Of a stretch of DNA of 56,938 nt, positions 35,906 to 46,520 are shown piece by piece. The DNA is from a virus (Duplodnaviria; Caudoviricetes). The position numbers and the translations under genes are program-made. The stretch spans positions 1 through 56,938 of IMG/VR virus record IMGVR_UViG_3300011114_000231. One strand, written 5' to 3'. The first letter of the stretch is position 1. Each line of letters begins with the position of its first letter. The notes under the pieces are model-generated. The model saw nothing but the letters and a program-made list of their open reading frames with translations, searched no databases and was not told the origin of the DNA.

Positions 35906-37452
35906 GTCCACGAGCCTACATTTACGATTCCAGAAGAAGCGATAGGAGCAATACGGAAGTACGATCCTGCCGTAGTGGAATATGCGCCGCCTGGGCCAGC
36001 ACTTAGTGTGTACTGCGGAATGAAAGTTCCAGCATTGTTGATAGATACAGTACCCCTAATGATGTACCCATTAGATATTGTAGCTGATGTGATAGCTGCG
36101 GTTGTTACTGTATTAGTTGCAGTAGCAATAATGGCCGACTTAGCTGCTGTGTCTAGTACCGGCAAAGCGGTAGTGGCAGAGCCAATAGCCAGCTCATACA
36201 AGATGTTGTTGAGGGTAGCAGTGCCACCAAATCCTAGACCAATAGTATGAGAAGTTGTACCTGCGGTCTTGGTTAGGACAAACAATCCTTCAAACTCGTA
36301 GACAGTACCAGCAATAAGAGAAATGCCTACACCAAGAATATTCTGCGCACCTGTACCTGTGCTACCAACAAGGTCAGTATTCAATCTGTAATACATGTGA
36401 GACGCAATGCGCCCTGTGTTATTTCCGTTAGGTGTGCCTTGCACATACCCACTGGAGTCCACAGTCACACGGGTGAACCCGTTTGTACCGATTGTTACGT
36501 TGTTTGCACTATTGGTCTCAAGCGCAAGATTCACCCCACTACCTACCAGAGACGCAGCAATGGATGTGGCGCGAATGTATCCTTTATTAGTGTTGCCAGA
36601 TTGCAACCATAGAGTGCTATCGGTTGAGCCATTGATAGTAACACCAATACGACCAGCACCAAGAGCATTTGGAGACGCTGTGTTTACGCCAATATTGCCA
36701 GATGTGTCTTTGTAAATTTGACCAGAGCCAATATTGATAAGGCCAGTTCCGCCCGTCACAGTACCGGTGTAGACAAGATCAGCGAGAGTTGTACCTCCGG
36801 TTACCGCAGTAGTACCGGTTACAATCAGGTTATCATCAACTGTAGTAGTTCCATTCAGAGTAGCCGCACCAGTGGTGACAAGCGTTCCACCTACAGAGAC
36901 GTTACCACCTAGCGTAGCATTTCCTGATGTTGATAGTGAGGTAAGCGACGTAGTACCTGTAACACCCAGTGTGCCAGATGCTGTTACTGCAGCGAGAGAA
37001 GAAGCCCCGCTAACCGTCAGGCTAGTAGCAGTAGCTCCAGCAAGTGTGCTTGCTCCAGATACATTGAGTGTTCCCGTAGCAGTGAGCGTAGTGAATCTTC
37101 CTGATGCCGCAGTTGTAGCCCCGATAGTGCTATTGTCGATAGTTGTATTGTTAACAACATCCAATACGTTCTGGGATGTTACACGAAGTTCAAACCTAGA
37201 CCCGGCTCCAAACGACTGGGCAGTAGTACCTTCCTGCGCACGAGCGATAGTGAACCCATCGCTAGCACGTGCGGTTACCTTGATAACTTCATACGTTCCA
37301 CCGGAACTTGTAATGGTGGCATAGAAATAGTCACCCGTGCTCAGCGTTGGAAACGCTGCGCCTTGGCCTGCCTGAAGAGTAAGACCTATGTCGCTTGCTG
37401 TTACTACAGCAGCTAAATATCCTACTGCGTTATTCTTTAGTTTGAGGGCCAT
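35902..37452 (-). CDS. Tail fibre protein
   Basis: N-terminal attachment domain (RAQEGT), Thr/Gly-rich beta repeats, GNIGVNT..P fibre motif. Confidence 0.8.
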   Translation of the reverse strand: MALKLKNNAVGYLAAVVTASDIGLTLQAGQGAAFPTLSTGDYFYATITSSGGTYEVIKVTARASDGFTIARAQEGTTAQSFGAGSRFELRVTSQNVLDVVNNTTIDNSTIGATTAASGRFTTLTATGTLNVSGASTLAGATATSLTVSGASSLAAVTASGTLGVTGTTSLTSLSTSGNATLGGNVSVGGTLVTTGAATLNGTTTVDDNLIVTGTTAVTGGTTLADLVYTGTVTGGTGLINIGSGQIYKDTSGNIGVNTASPNALGAGRIGVTINGSTDSTLWLQSGNTNKGYIRATSIAASLVGSGVNLALETNSANNVTIGTNGFTRVTVDSSGYVQGTPNGNNTGRIASHMYYRLNTDLVGSTGTGAQNILGVGISLIAGTVYEFEGLFVLTKTAGTTSHTIGLGFGGTATLNNILYELAIGSATTALPVLDTAAKSAIIATATNTVTTAAITSATISNGYIIRGTVSINNAGTFIPQYTLSAGPGGAYSTTAGSYFRIAPIASSGIVNVGSWT

Positions 37453-37460
37453 TGGTCATC

Positions 37461-37787
37461 TCACAACAAAAGGAAGTTAAGATCGTTAACCGCACTAAGT
37501 AAGTTGGCGGCGGTAACACGGAGCTGCACACGGCTTCCTGCAGAGAATGGCAAAGCAATGGTATTTTCTTGAGCGCGAACGATAGTCATAACATCGTCGA
37601 TACGTGCGGTACATTTAACAATTTCAAATGTACTGGAGTTTGATTCCAACGTCACGTAAAAATAATCAGAAGCCCCAAGTACTGGGAACAATGCTCCGTC
37701 ACCGCTTGATACAGTTAAGCTAGTAGCTACACTGTCTAGGTCATTAAGCAGTAGTGACTGCGCATTGTTTGTAAGTTGGACAGCCAT
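37461..37787 (-). CDS. Stand-alone fibre attachment domain (paralogue of the downstream fibre N-terminus)
   Basis: Shares NNA, FP.L, DYFY.T, TI.RAQE.T, AGSR..LRVT with 35902-37452. Confidence 0.75.
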   Translation of the reverse strand: MAVQLTNNAQSLLLNDLDSVATSLTVSSGDGALFPVLGASDYFYVTLESNSSTFEIVKCTARIDDVMTIVRAQENTIALPFSAGSRVQLRVTAANLLSAVNDLNFLLL

Positions 37788-37796
37788 GGTCTACTC

Positions 37797-38564
37797 CTAT
37801 GCAAACTTTGGGCTACGGGCAGTTACAGCACCGCGCATGTTACCAAGGTTGGCCCGACTACGCCGCTCGGATGCGGAGAACAGATACTGCTTGGCATGAT
37901 ACGATGCTAAATCTCTGTCAGTCCAAGCTACATTGGGCATGACTAGCAGTTGCTGCAATGCAGCATGAGTGATCACATCCTCAAGTTCATCAAAGATATT
38001 AGAATCCATACCAGTGGCAGTGCGCTTTGGTTTCAGCGCATAGAACATACGCATTGTGTATGTCTTCTGATTATCTGGAAGCGGGAGTATGATGTATTTA
38101 TTTGGAGTAATCTGACACACAGCTCGTGGCTCGCTTGCATCTGCTAAAGCCGCATCAGATAGGGTAAACGTAGACCCTTCGTTTAGCACAAAGCTATTAT
38201 AGACATTAGTGTTATAGATGCTTCTTGCACTTTCCCACATGCTAGCTGGAGATTCTCCACTATAGAGATCAGCCCATGCTGGATATAGACCAATGGCTTG
38301 CTCAAGTGTGAGTTTATCCAGTGGCTGATTATTTACCAGTGCATCAAAAATTACGTGGACATCAGACTCATCTGGCTTGTTGTATGCATACTCAGATACA
38401 CCAGGTGTAAGATTGAACTTAGGCTCAACATATCTCCAGATGAGGGTGCGCTCACATGCGTTGATTGCTGCATCCCGAATATACTGGATAAGCAAAGGCT
38501 GTGGGCAACCAGGTGTGCTGGAGCTGATTTTAGGCAATAAGGTTGTGAAGGCTCTGTCAACCAT
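37797..38564 (-). CDS. Head-tail adaptor / tail tubular protein A-like
   Basis: PGCP...IRDAAI..CERT..W pattern; size and position. Confidence 0.7.
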   Translation of the reverse strand: MVDRAFTTLLPKISSSTPGCPQPLLIQYIRDAAINACERTLIWRYVEPKFNLTPGVSEYAYNKPDESDVHVIFDALVNNQPLDKLTLEQAIGLYPAWADLYSGESPASMWESARSIYNTNVYNSFVLNEGSTFTLSDAALADASEPRAVCQITPNKYIILPLPDNQKTYTMRMFYALKPKRTATGMDSNIFDELEDVITHAALQQLLVMPNVAWTDRDLASYHAKQYLFSASERRSRANLGNMRGAVTARSPKFA

Positions 38565-39229
38565 TAGATTACCTCACCGATCTTGGCTGTCGTGGATGAC
38601 GGTTTTAGCCCTGCAGCTTTAGTATCTGTAACAGTATGACTTTGTAAAGAGGCTCCAAGAGCTGATGTGAACGAATCAAAATACAGCTTGGCGCGTCCAG
38701 AGTTAACGTGTTCAGCGTCTACAGACTCAGCCATATAGACAGCTCCGTCTATGATAATTGGCTTAAATGCTTGCGGTGGAGATGTAATAGTATCGTTTAA
38801 GTCGTAGTCTGGTGGCGTCTTGGCATACTCACCAACGAGGACGATACCTGCCTCTGGTTTAGGATATAGAAAATATTTCTCACCATTTTTAACATGGCGC
38901 ATAAAGTTGATGGGAGTTCCCGCAGCTTCTGTAGCCCACCCAGGATAACTACGGCTGAGGGATTCCCGGTCTGCTTCCAGAACTGCATCACCATCCTGCA
39001 CATAGAAGATGTCAATAAGCCTAATACCATCTGTAGGTATAGTCTGGATTGGGGTGTTTGGAGTAGTAGTCAATTCGCCAAGTTCCGCAAACAGATCAGG
39101 GCGCAGAACTGCCATACGCTTCAGCGCAAGATTAACAAAGCTAAGCATTTCCTCATCAGTGAACCGATAAGGAACTAGCGTGTCTTGTATGACATGCCGA
39201 GCGTCAGCTATGATCTCTGCTGGTGTCAC
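38564..39229 (-). CDS. Second adaptor-like virion protein (DUF6682-like)
   Basis: II..AR..IQD....R.TD.E...VN.A......RPD pattern. Confidence 0.65.
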   Translation of the reverse strand: MTPAEIIADARHVIQDTLVPYRFTDEEMLSFVNLALKRMAVLRPDLFAELGELTTTPNTPIQTIPTDGIRLIDIFYVQDGDAVLEADRESLSRSYPGWATEAAGTPINFMRHVKNGEKYFLYPKPEAGIVLVGEYAKTPPDYDLNDTITSPPQAFKPIIIDGAVYMAESVDAEHVNSGRAKLYFDSFTSALGASLQSHTVTDTKAAGLKPSSTTAKIGEVI

Positions 39230-39492
39230 TTGTTCAATCCCCTTGAAGCCTCAGCATTAAGCTCTGGATTAGTATAATCTGGTTCAGTAGGAACATCGTC
39301 TGTGTGCAGATTAATAGGTTCGCGCTTCTTACGACCACGCTTTTCTTCTGCTTTCTCGGCCACAATAGCAGGAATAAACCGTTCTGGATAGGCTTCTTCC
39401 TCAGTAACTTCCTCACATAAAGGGTTCTTGGAGAGGATTTCATTCCACTCGTAGATGAATCCATCACGTTTATTGCGAAGATACATAGTCAT
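39226..39492 (-). CDS. Hypothetical protein
   Basis: AAGGA RBS; coupled to the next gene. Confidence 0.7.
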   Translation of the reverse strand: MTMYLRNKRDGFIYEWNEILSKNPLCEEVTEEEAYPERFIPAIVAEKAEEKRGRKKREPINLHTDDVPTEPDYTNPELNAEASRGLNK

Positions 39493-39504
39493 GTTGTAAA
39501 TCCT

Positions 39505-39759
39505 TTAGCAGTTCCACGCTCTAAGCGACTTGTTGATGCGGGAGTTAGGGTCGTTTGCAGTCTTAGCAGATGTAAGTTTTTTCTTCATACCCTTCATACG
39601 GGCGCAGAAACTATCACGGCGGGGTCCGCCTTCTGGTTGTGGAGCTTTCAACCCAGGCTTACCTGGGTTGGCCTTATTGTAAGCAGCGCGACCCTTAGCG
39701 TTCAATCCACCTTCTGGGTCTTTGCCTTCTTTACGTTGCCATGCTGGAGATTTTGCCAT
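39505..39759 (-). CDS. DUF6321-like basic protein
   Basis: MAKSPAWQRKEGK.PEGGLN.KGR...SFCARM...LRAWNC. Confidence 0.8.
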   Translation of the reverse strand: MAKSPAWQRKEGKDPEGGLNAKGRAAYNKANPGKPGLKAPQPEGGPRRDSFCARMKGMKKKLTSAKTANDPNSRINKSLRAWNC

Positions 39760-40703
39760 TATGTAAGCCTTATAACAGTAACAATAATAGATGGCATTGC
39801 TGGACGTGTTGGAGAAGTTTGAGCGGCAAGAGTTTTAATAGTGTTAGTAGCCGCAGGAGTAGACCACCATATTTCAATATAATCGCCAGCAGCTAACGAC
39901 AGGATGAATGGGACTGTGCATACTCCAATACCATCTACAGTGCCTGACTTAGCTGGAATAGAAAGGTCTGTATTTGATGCAGCAATATCAGTTCCATTCT
40001 TGCGTAACCAGAAACTAACTGTACTTGCACCGGCTGCACTATTAGCGAACAAGATGCTAACATCAAACTTATAGACACCAGCATTAGCTGCGGTCATACG
40101 ACTGTTTGATATAAGAGAGATATTGCTAGTGATGTCAGTGCTATTCATAGTCACTACAGTTGCAGTATTGATAGTAGCTGACTGCGTTGTAGTGTCCGAG
40201 AACTGCGCGTATGTGGCGGTAGGTAAGCCGCTGATGTCAGAGTATGGAATTGTGGCAGACGCACTCATGTTAGACGCGCCGTTTGCTTTCACGTATCCAG
40301 TCAGTGATGGAACTTTCAAAGTGGTAGCGCTAATGTCACCGCCTGTAATAGCAATAGCATTAGCGTTTTGAACAGCTATATCACCAAGTCCAAGGCTAAC
40401 TCTCGCGTCAGCCGGAGTAGAGGCACCAGTACCGCCATCAGCAACAGCCAAATCGGTAATGCCTGTAATTGTCCCGCTCGTAATAGCTACGTTCTGGATG
40501 CCAACGGTGCCTGTGATAGGCGAGATTACGTTAGACTCAATGCGGATATTGCCAGACGAGATAGAGTTCGTCCCCACAAGGAGGGCCGTACCTATACCAG
40601 TGGCACTATACACAACCTTTTCCGTAGCCGATGGACCCCCATCGACATGGAGTATCTGGCTATACGTGTCTTTAATTTTACTACCGGTAAGGTTAGCTGA
40701 CAT
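39759..40703 (-). CDS. Fibre-like protein with C-terminal beta-sandwich
   Basis: ITGITDLAVADGGTGAS fibre motif; GVY...LAAGDYIEIWW. Confidence 0.75.
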   Translation of the reverse strand: MSANLTGSKIKDTYSQILHVDGGPSATEKVVYSATGIGTALLVGTNSISSGNIRIESNVISPITGTVGIQNVAITSGTITGITDLAVADGGTGASTPADARVSLGLGDIAVQNANAIAITGGDISATTLKVPSLTGYVKANGASNMSASATIPYSDISGLPTATYAQFSDTTTQSATINTATVVTMNSTDITSNISLISNSRMTAANAGVYKFDVSILFANSAAGASTVSFWLRKNGTDIAASNTDLSIPAKSGTVDGIGVCTVPFILSLAAGDYIEIWWSTPAATNTIKTLAAQTSPTRPAMPSIIVTVIRLT

Positions 40704-40705
40704 GA

Positions 40706-41809
40706 TTATAGCTCCGCTGATGCAGCCCAATCCGCATTAAAATAAACAAGTGTTCCTGTACCGCCAAGAGTTAAATTAAACCCTTTTTCAAGAGCAGTAT
40801 TTATAGTTGCCGTCCCACCGTTATTCCAACCTGTTGTATAGTATGAATTTTTACCAGATGTCCCCGCATTATCATACGAAACAACAGTTGGGGATGCGCG
40901 TTTTGATACTGCAAAATTTACCGTATTAACAGTTGCACCACTTGCAATAGCGTTAACAAACAACTGTCCTGTTCCAGCGGTAACTGCCGTTGGGACAGCA
41001 ACACTATTATTATACGACTTCTCGTAATACCGCTGACACAGTGCAAGCTCCTGCCCATACAGCCGCCGTTCAAATGGCGTGGCAACGGAGCCTACCTCAA
41101 GCTGTACGCCTGTGACAAGGAATGTGGCAGCACCCGTTGCTGTAGCATAAATGATGATCTGTAAGCCGTTTGCGATTGCGGAATTAACGCTAGCAAAGGT
41201 AACGCTGTATTGGGTCCATGTCGCCGCGCCGGTAAAAACTGAACTACCGATTGCAGTTGTGGATGCATAGTTATCGGTAGCAGTCGGAGCGGCAAGCGAA
41301 ACAGCTAGGCTCCCAGCGCCAGCTCCAACAGATTGTTTAGCCCAAAATGAAAGTGTAATGCTTTGCCCAGATAGGTCAGTGCAGTTAATGCCTTCAATGC
41401 GTTGGTATGTTTGCGGAAGATTAGTGCCAGCAAGTGAAAGAGAATATTTATATCCAGTTGGCACATCACTTGATTGCGTCGCAGTGACACTTGTTCCAGC
41501 GGTGACAGCCCAGCGATCAGCGACATATCCTGTCGTGCCTGTTGTGCCTCGCTGCCAAATTTGCATTGCACCATTGATGATGCGGTTGCGCATAGCTAGA
41601 GAGCTAGGGAAACTTGGGACGTTAGAGAACGTAGGATTGCCAGTAAACGATGGATTGCCACTGAGTGTGGGATTACCAGCAATGGTAGGAAGTGTAGCTG
41701 ACCCAGTTACAGTCAGATTTGCGCCAGCCGTAACGTTACCGCTAGTGTCGAGCGTCAGATTAGATACAGCTGACGTAACGTTTTTAATCTCGTCAACTAA
41801 TAGCGTCAT
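40706..41809 (-). CDS. Fibre-like protein with carbohydrate-binding-like domain
   Basis: RNRIING.M.IWQRG, TGVQLEVGSVATPFE, ELALCQRYY. Confidence 0.8.
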   Translation of the reverse strand: MTLLVDEIKNVTSAVSNLTLDTSGNVTAGANLTVTGSATLPTIAGNPTLSGNPSFTGNPTFSNVPSFPSSLAMRNRIINGAMQIWQRGTTGTTGYVADRWAVTAGTSVTATQSSDVPTGYKYSLSLAGTNLPQTYQRIEGINCTDLSGQSITLSFWAKQSVGAGAGSLAVSLAAPTATDNYASTTAIGSSVFTGAATWTQYSVTFASVNSAIANGLQIIIYATATGAATFLVTGVQLEVGSVATPFERRLYGQELALCQRYYEKSYNNSVAVPTAVTAGTGQLFVNAIASGATVNTVNFAVSKRASPTVVSYDNAGTSGKNSYYTTGWNNGGTATINTALEKGFNLTLGGTGTLVYFNADWAASAEL

Positions 41810-42252
41810 GACTGACTCCCGCTAGGCACTGCTGGCCACTCTACACCGATAACAGCAGAGATCAAAGATTCGACATCAGTAGCCGAGGCGACTGCGGTTT
41901 TAATTTCTGCGGCTTTAATTCTAACCACACTACGATATGTTGTCCAGTCCGAGGGTGCTGGAGTAGATGTTTCCATGCTACGAACAATCATCCAGTCTGA
42001 TGGAAACAACAGTGTATATGCAGTCTGAGAAATCTGCGCCGACCATACAGCCTTGAGACCATCCAAATCTTTTGGAAGACCGACACCCCAATAGAAACGA
42101 TCATCATATGTTTCTGGCTCAGCTTCTTCGGTGATGCCGAGGGCTGCGCGTTCCTCAACTGTAGCGAGGCGCAACCAGTTTGCTGGGTACTGAATCTCGT
42201 TATGCTCGAACGGCACGTCCAATGGTAGTGGTTTATTATCCAGGATAAACAT
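41806..42252 (-). CDS. Fibre assembly chaperone-like protein
   Basis: YPANWL, DDRFYW, SDWMIVR, YRS.VR, C-terminal WP. Confidence 0.7.
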   Translation of the reverse strand: MFILDNKPLPLDVPFEHNEIQYPANWLRLATVEERAALGITEEAEPETYDDRFYWGVGLPKDLDGLKAVWSAQISQTAYTLLFPSDWMIVRSMETSTPAPSDWTTYRSVVRIKAAEIKTAVASATDVESLISAVIGVEWPAVPSGSQS

Positions 42253-44600
42253 TATCTAGCCCTCGATATGTTGAAGGGATTTTCTGCAAAGGCGGCGTAG
42301 ATGTAAGTTCCACCAGAGACGTTTGGATCAATAGTGCCGCGCAACTTGAACCCATTTGATAGAATGTCAAGAGACGTTGATGCAGTGTCAACGTTGGTAA
42401 GGTTTGGGTACAACAAACGGTCAGCAACATTGTACGTATTGCGAGAGGAGTCTATAATGAACCATTGGGATATAGCATCTGTACGCTTTGTAAGGATAAA
42501 CCGTGGTCTAAAACCAAGGTGTATAAACGTGCCATCCGCAGACCCATTGCCTGTATAACTGCCAAACTTGGAATAGCCAGCTACTTCTGACCAGCAATAG
42601 GCGACGTATGTCGTGCCGCTAGCATTGATGTCGCTGTTTGTATTTACCCCTGATATTTGAACAGCAGAACTATTTAGTGTTCCAATGTATCCATTTAACC
42701 CAGATGCAGCGGCGGTTGTTTCGTTTAGTGCTAATACGTTTGTTCCAGTAATGCTTGGTGCTTTAACCAACCAACGAGTTGCAGAACTTCTTGATTTGAT
42801 GATAACGAAACTTGGAGTAGCACCAAGGCCATGGCCAACCGTAGACCCAGATGTGTTGTTCCCCGTATATGTCACAATGCTAAACCCAGCGGTGCGGTTA
42901 ACGCTGACAGTACTGAAGATGCTACCTTCACCGTTAAGTACACTCGTGCCTTGTCCCGCTTGCCATTGCCAGCCGATTAAGGTTTCCGCTGATTGGTTTG
43001 TTGCAGCAGATGTTCCGGTAACGGTAAAACCGTTTGAATTGATTGAACTGAAATATGGGGTCGCACTGACTTCTGCGTCGGTCAGATCACTTACCGATAG
43101 AACCGCGCCACGAACCGAGTCGATCAATACGTTGTTTGATACAACGTTTCGGCCCTTGATCCAGACCAAATCAGGCTTAAACGATGTCGCCGCAGCATTG
43201 TTGCTACTATTAGCAATGCTTTGCGTTGCTCCTGTACCCGTATACGTTGTTGCAGCCATAACCGTTGCACCATTAGGAATGGTTGGCGCTGGTAGGTTAT
43301 ACGTATTTAGAGCTACGTATCCTGTTGGTGGGGTGTACGAGAATGGGCGCTGACCAAAATTAACACTGCCCTGTGCGTTATTATTGCCGCCGAACCAGCA
43401 AGGAAAATAGTTATTATTACCCGTTGCACCAGAAACTAACGTGCCAAGGCTTGTATTGTTTTTATAGACAACAAGGTCTCCCGCCGTTGCGTCATACGCA
43501 AAACCAATGATGTCATTTGCCGCCCATGCAGTTGCATAAGCAGTTGTTGTCCCGCCGATAGATTTTGTCCCATCATTGTTATACCCAATAACGCCAGATT
43601 GTGATGGGGCTGTTTGGAATGAAACAGAGTCAATACAAATGCCCATCAAACAATTTTGCGTATTTGCAGGGGTAACTTCCCAGTACCATTTTCCGTTTGC
43701 TGGGATAATAATATTGCCACGCGCCGAGGCCCATGTGGTGGTGCTACCAAGAGCATATGTAAGATTGGCATTGGATACCGCCCAAACTGACTGGGTGCTA
43801 CCACTTAGGGGATTAATGACAGGGTAATTTGATGAAGCTGCACTAACAGTCGGGCTATCAATCATGCTGTCATATGTAACGCCAGCCGTGACGGAGATGT
43901 TGTTAGGGGTCCAGTTGTTGCCGTTCCCGCTATAATCTTTACCGATTGCTGCAGCTGTGGCAGCACTGTTATCTGAAAAGTTTAGATAGAACCCATTAGT
44001 CCCGTATGTACCTGTGTACTTAATAGGTTGCCAAATGCCGTTGCTATCGGTGAACCCAAAGCTGGACGGAGTAAGTTGCTGCCCATCAACAAAGTTAATT
44101 TCCGCAAGATACCCATCAAGATAGTTAGATGGTGTTTGTAAATACAAACCTATGCCGTGAGCAATAGCCGTATTTATATTTGTTGTGGTAAGAGATGAAC
44201 GGTTATCCGTTGTAAATGATGTTACTTCACTTCCGTTAACATATAAACGGACTTTGTTTGATGCCGCGCCTCCACTGAAAGCAAGTACAATATGATACCA
44301 AGCCGATGGGTCACGGAAGACTTGGGTTGTTGTAAATACTTGCGTGACATTGTTAAACAAATTTAATGTGTTGTCGTTGTTGAAATAAAATTGATTATTT
44401 TGCCCAGTTACGGATAATCCGATATTGTTAACGGCTGTTAAATTTCCCCGTTTGACCCAAACACTGTAAGTCCAAATGTTTTGTGATGTCGGCGTTATAA
44501 ATGTCCGGCCCAGATAAGCACTAGCCGACGACCGAAGCCGTACACTACGGTTGACCTGATAGTCCTGTCCTACAAAGAGAAGGCTGGGGGACACGCTCAT
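42252..44600 (-). CDS. Lectin-like (LamG/concanavalin A + SPRY) virion protein
   Basis: RDPSAWYHIV, GTNGFYLNF, GKWYWE SPRY motif, repeated YTGNG / PDLVWIK.R / YVAYCW modules. Confidence 0.82.
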   Translation of the reverse strand: MSVSPSLLFVGQDYQVNRSVRLRSSASAYLGRTFITPTSQNIWTYSVWVKRGNLTAVNNIGLSVTGQNNQFYFNNDNTLNLFNNVTQVFTTTQVFRDPSAWYHIVLAFSGGAASNKVRLYVNGSEVTSFTTDNRSSLTTTNINTAIAHGIGLYLQTPSNYLDGYLAEINFVDGQQLTPSSFGFTDSNGIWQPIKYTGTYGTNGFYLNFSDNSAATAAAIGKDYSGNGNNWTPNNISVTAGVTYDSMIDSPTVSAASSNYPVINPLSGSTQSVWAVSNANLTYALGSTTTWASARGNIIIPANGKWYWEVTPANTQNCLMGICIDSVSFQTAPSQSGVIGYNNDGTKSIGGTTTAYATAWAANDIIGFAYDATAGDLVVYKNNTSLGTLVSGATGNNNYFPCWFGGNNNAQGSVNFGQRPFSYTPPTGYVALNTYNLPAPTIPNGATVMAATTYTGTGATQSIANSSNNAAATSFKPDLVWIKGRNVVSNNVLIDSVRGAVLSVSDLTDAEVSATPYFSSINSNGFTVTGTSAATNQSAETLIGWQWQAGQGTSVLNGEGSIFSTVSVNRTAGFSIVTYTGNNTSGSTVGHGLGATPSFVIIKSRSSATRWLVKAPSITGTNVLALNETTAAASGLNGYIGTLNSSAVQISGVNTNSDINASGTTYVAYCWSEVAGYSKFGSYTGNGSADGTFIHLGFRPRFILTKRTDAISQWFIIDSSRNTYNVADRLLYPNLTNVDTASTSLDILSNGFKLRGTIDPNVSGGTYIYAAFAENPFNISRAR

Positions 44601-45295
44601 TATTTAACATCCGTAATAAGCCGTGCTGTTATGCGGGAAGCGCTCTCTACATAGTACGCCAGAACGTCAACAGCACCGGCTGTTAAGGTAAGAGTTGGTG
44701 CGCCGCCGGAAGAAAACTTCCAGTTAGACCCATATGCCAAAGTGCGGGAGCCTGTTGCATCTTGCGTAATAACGATAACGCCGCTCTGCCCAGCCGTGAG
44801 GTTAGTTGGGTTAGCGAGAGTGCGGTTACCGCCAAGTGTGACAGAAAAGAAGTTAGCCGCGTCAAAATCGGGAGTGATAGTAGCACCGTCAGTCAGGGCT
44901 ACAACAACACCGTTAGCGGCTTTGTTCGTAGTGAACCGACCAGATGTAGCGATACGAGCACGTTCTGACCCCCCAGTGTAGAAGGTCATAGGCAGATATG
45001 TGCCAGTGCCTGTCCGTGTTCCTTCAAGCTGATATTCAGCGTTTGTATTTGCGATGCGGAGTAAAGAAGTATTTGCTGGATCAGAAGATGAACCATATAA
45101 ATCTACGCCAGTAGTCGTACTTGTTCCATTTGGTAAAGCGGATATGTTTGTGCGACCATTTGCAACACTATTTTGGAACATCACACGGTTGACAAAGGTA
45201 GCATTGCTGAAGTCACCGGTGATGCGGCCACCAGTTCCTGTGAATGTCAAATTGGGCTGGGACGTGCCTGTAGAACCTTCAACTGTTACTGTCAT
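44600..45295 (-). CDS. Fibre-like structural protein
   Basis: ERARI fibre motif; TLGGNRTLANPTN..AGQSG.I...QDATGSRTL domain. Confidence 0.75.
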   Translation of the reverse strand: MTVTVEGSTGTSQPNLTFTGTGGRITGDFSNATFVNRVMFQNSVANGRTNISALPNGTSTTTGVDLYGSSSDPANTSLLRIANTNAEYQLEGTRTGTGTYLPMTFYTGGSERARIATSGRFTTNKAANGVVVALTDGATITPDFDAANFFSVTLGGNRTLANPTNLTAGQSGVIVITQDATGSRTLAYGSNWKFSSGGAPTLTLTAGAVDVLAYYVESASRITARLITDVK

Positions 45296-45296
45296 G

Positions 45297-45770
45297 TTAC
45301 AGTCCCCGTATCCATGCTGCGTTGAAGTATGTACTACGAATATTAGCGTTTGTGTTAATAGCAGCGCCGGTATTTTGGTATATTCTAATATCTATATAAT
45401 CGCTTCCGCCATTTAGCGCAACTAAAGACGATACTAAAGTATTGAACTGATTCATAACACTGGTACCGTTTAGGTCAACACCATTTTTATATATTACACC
45501 GCTCTTAAAAATAGCAATATATGCTTCTGCTGCGCTAAATGATGGTGAACCTACACATGCGTTTACTTGGTATATACCGGCTACTTTAGGCTGAAATACC
45601 CCAGTAACTGCGTTAAACGCATAATCAGTATCAAACTCTTTTGTTTGATAATTTACTACGGTGTTAGCGCCAGTTGGTAGCGATTGCGCAGTTGATTGAT
45701 AATAGGAAACCGCAGGGCCACCCCCGTGCTGAAAGGCATTAACCGGAAAAGCGGGGGAGGTCGCGCTCAT
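45297..45770 (-). CDS. C1q/TNF-like beta-sandwich structural protein
   Basis: FDT..AF....G.F.P.VAG.YQVN...LNG.SDYI. Confidence 0.7.
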   Translation of the reverse strand: MSATSPAFPVNAFQHGGGPAVSYYQSTAQSLPTGANTVVNYQTKEFDTDYAFNAVTGVFQPKVAGIYQVNACVGSPSFSAAEAYIAIFKSGVIYKNGVDLNGTSVMNQFNTLVSSLVALNGGSDYIDIRIYQNTGAAINTNANIRSTYFNAAWIRGL

Positions 45771-46210
45771 CAGTAATCTCCGCCTACTGCAGTCACATGG
45801 AATCCAGCGGCAACAGCCGTACCAAAGGTTACGTACACTTTATACCCAGCTGGCAGGGATACGTTCATTGGGATTGTAATTTCAGCGAGTGCTGCAACTT
45901 CCGATAACGTAGTAGCCGCGCATGTAAATTCTGTGAACAACGTATTATTGGCTGCTGTTGTAGTTACGCCACCGTTATTGATCCACACGCGGCAAGCAGT
46001 TGCTACGTTAGTTCCAAGGGCGCGAAGGCGGAGATAATCAATACGCGACCCATTTGCCCCTGCTGTTTCAACTGGGCCATAGATAGTTCCAGATGAACCG
46101 TCTTTGGTTGTGTTTGCAGTAACACCGGGAGTTGCAGCACTTGCTGCTGCCCCAGAAAGCCAGGACGTAAACGGTGTTAATGGAAAAATAGGAGTGGTAT
46201 TGGCGGGCAT
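45770..46210 (-). CDS. Hypothetical structural protein
   Basis: MPANTTPIF...GGDY beta-rich ORF in the fibre cassette. Confidence 0.7.
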   Translation of the reverse strand: MPANTTPIFPLTPFTSWLSGAAASAATPGVTANTTKDGSSGTIYGPVETAGANGSRIDYLRLRALGTNVATACRVWINNGGVTTTAANNTLFTEFTCAATTLSEVAALAEITIPMNVSLPAGYKVYVTFGTAVAAGFHVTAVGGDY

Positions 46211-46512
46211 CAGAAACCTCCAAGAGTGTTAGCTAGGGTCAATGTTGTCCCCACTGGTATAGCCACGATGGCGTTTATAGTAACAGAACCAGCACCATTT
46301 GAAATAGAAATATTAGTACCTGCTGTCAGTGTAGATGGTACATACGACGATCCATTACCAATAGGAATCTGACCATTGGTTGGAGAAGCAGTTGTAGTCT
46401 GCTGTACCAGTGTGCCAGTACCAGATGGCAGTGTGATAGTATTATTAGCTGCCGCAGCTGCAGCCTGCAGTTGAGTATAGCCAGATGTGGAACCATTAAG
46501 TTTAAGCGGCAT
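46210..46512 (-). CDS. Short fibre-like protein
   Basis: LNGSTSG...TITLP..TGTL and NGQIPIGNG...LTAGTNISI motifs. Confidence 0.7.
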   Translation of the reverse strand: MPLKLNGSTSGYTQLQAAAAAANNTITLPSGTGTLVQQTTTASPTNGQIPIGNGSSYVPSTLTAGTNISISNGAGSVTINAIVAIPVGTTLTLANTLGGF

Positions 46513-46520
46513 AGGTCACC

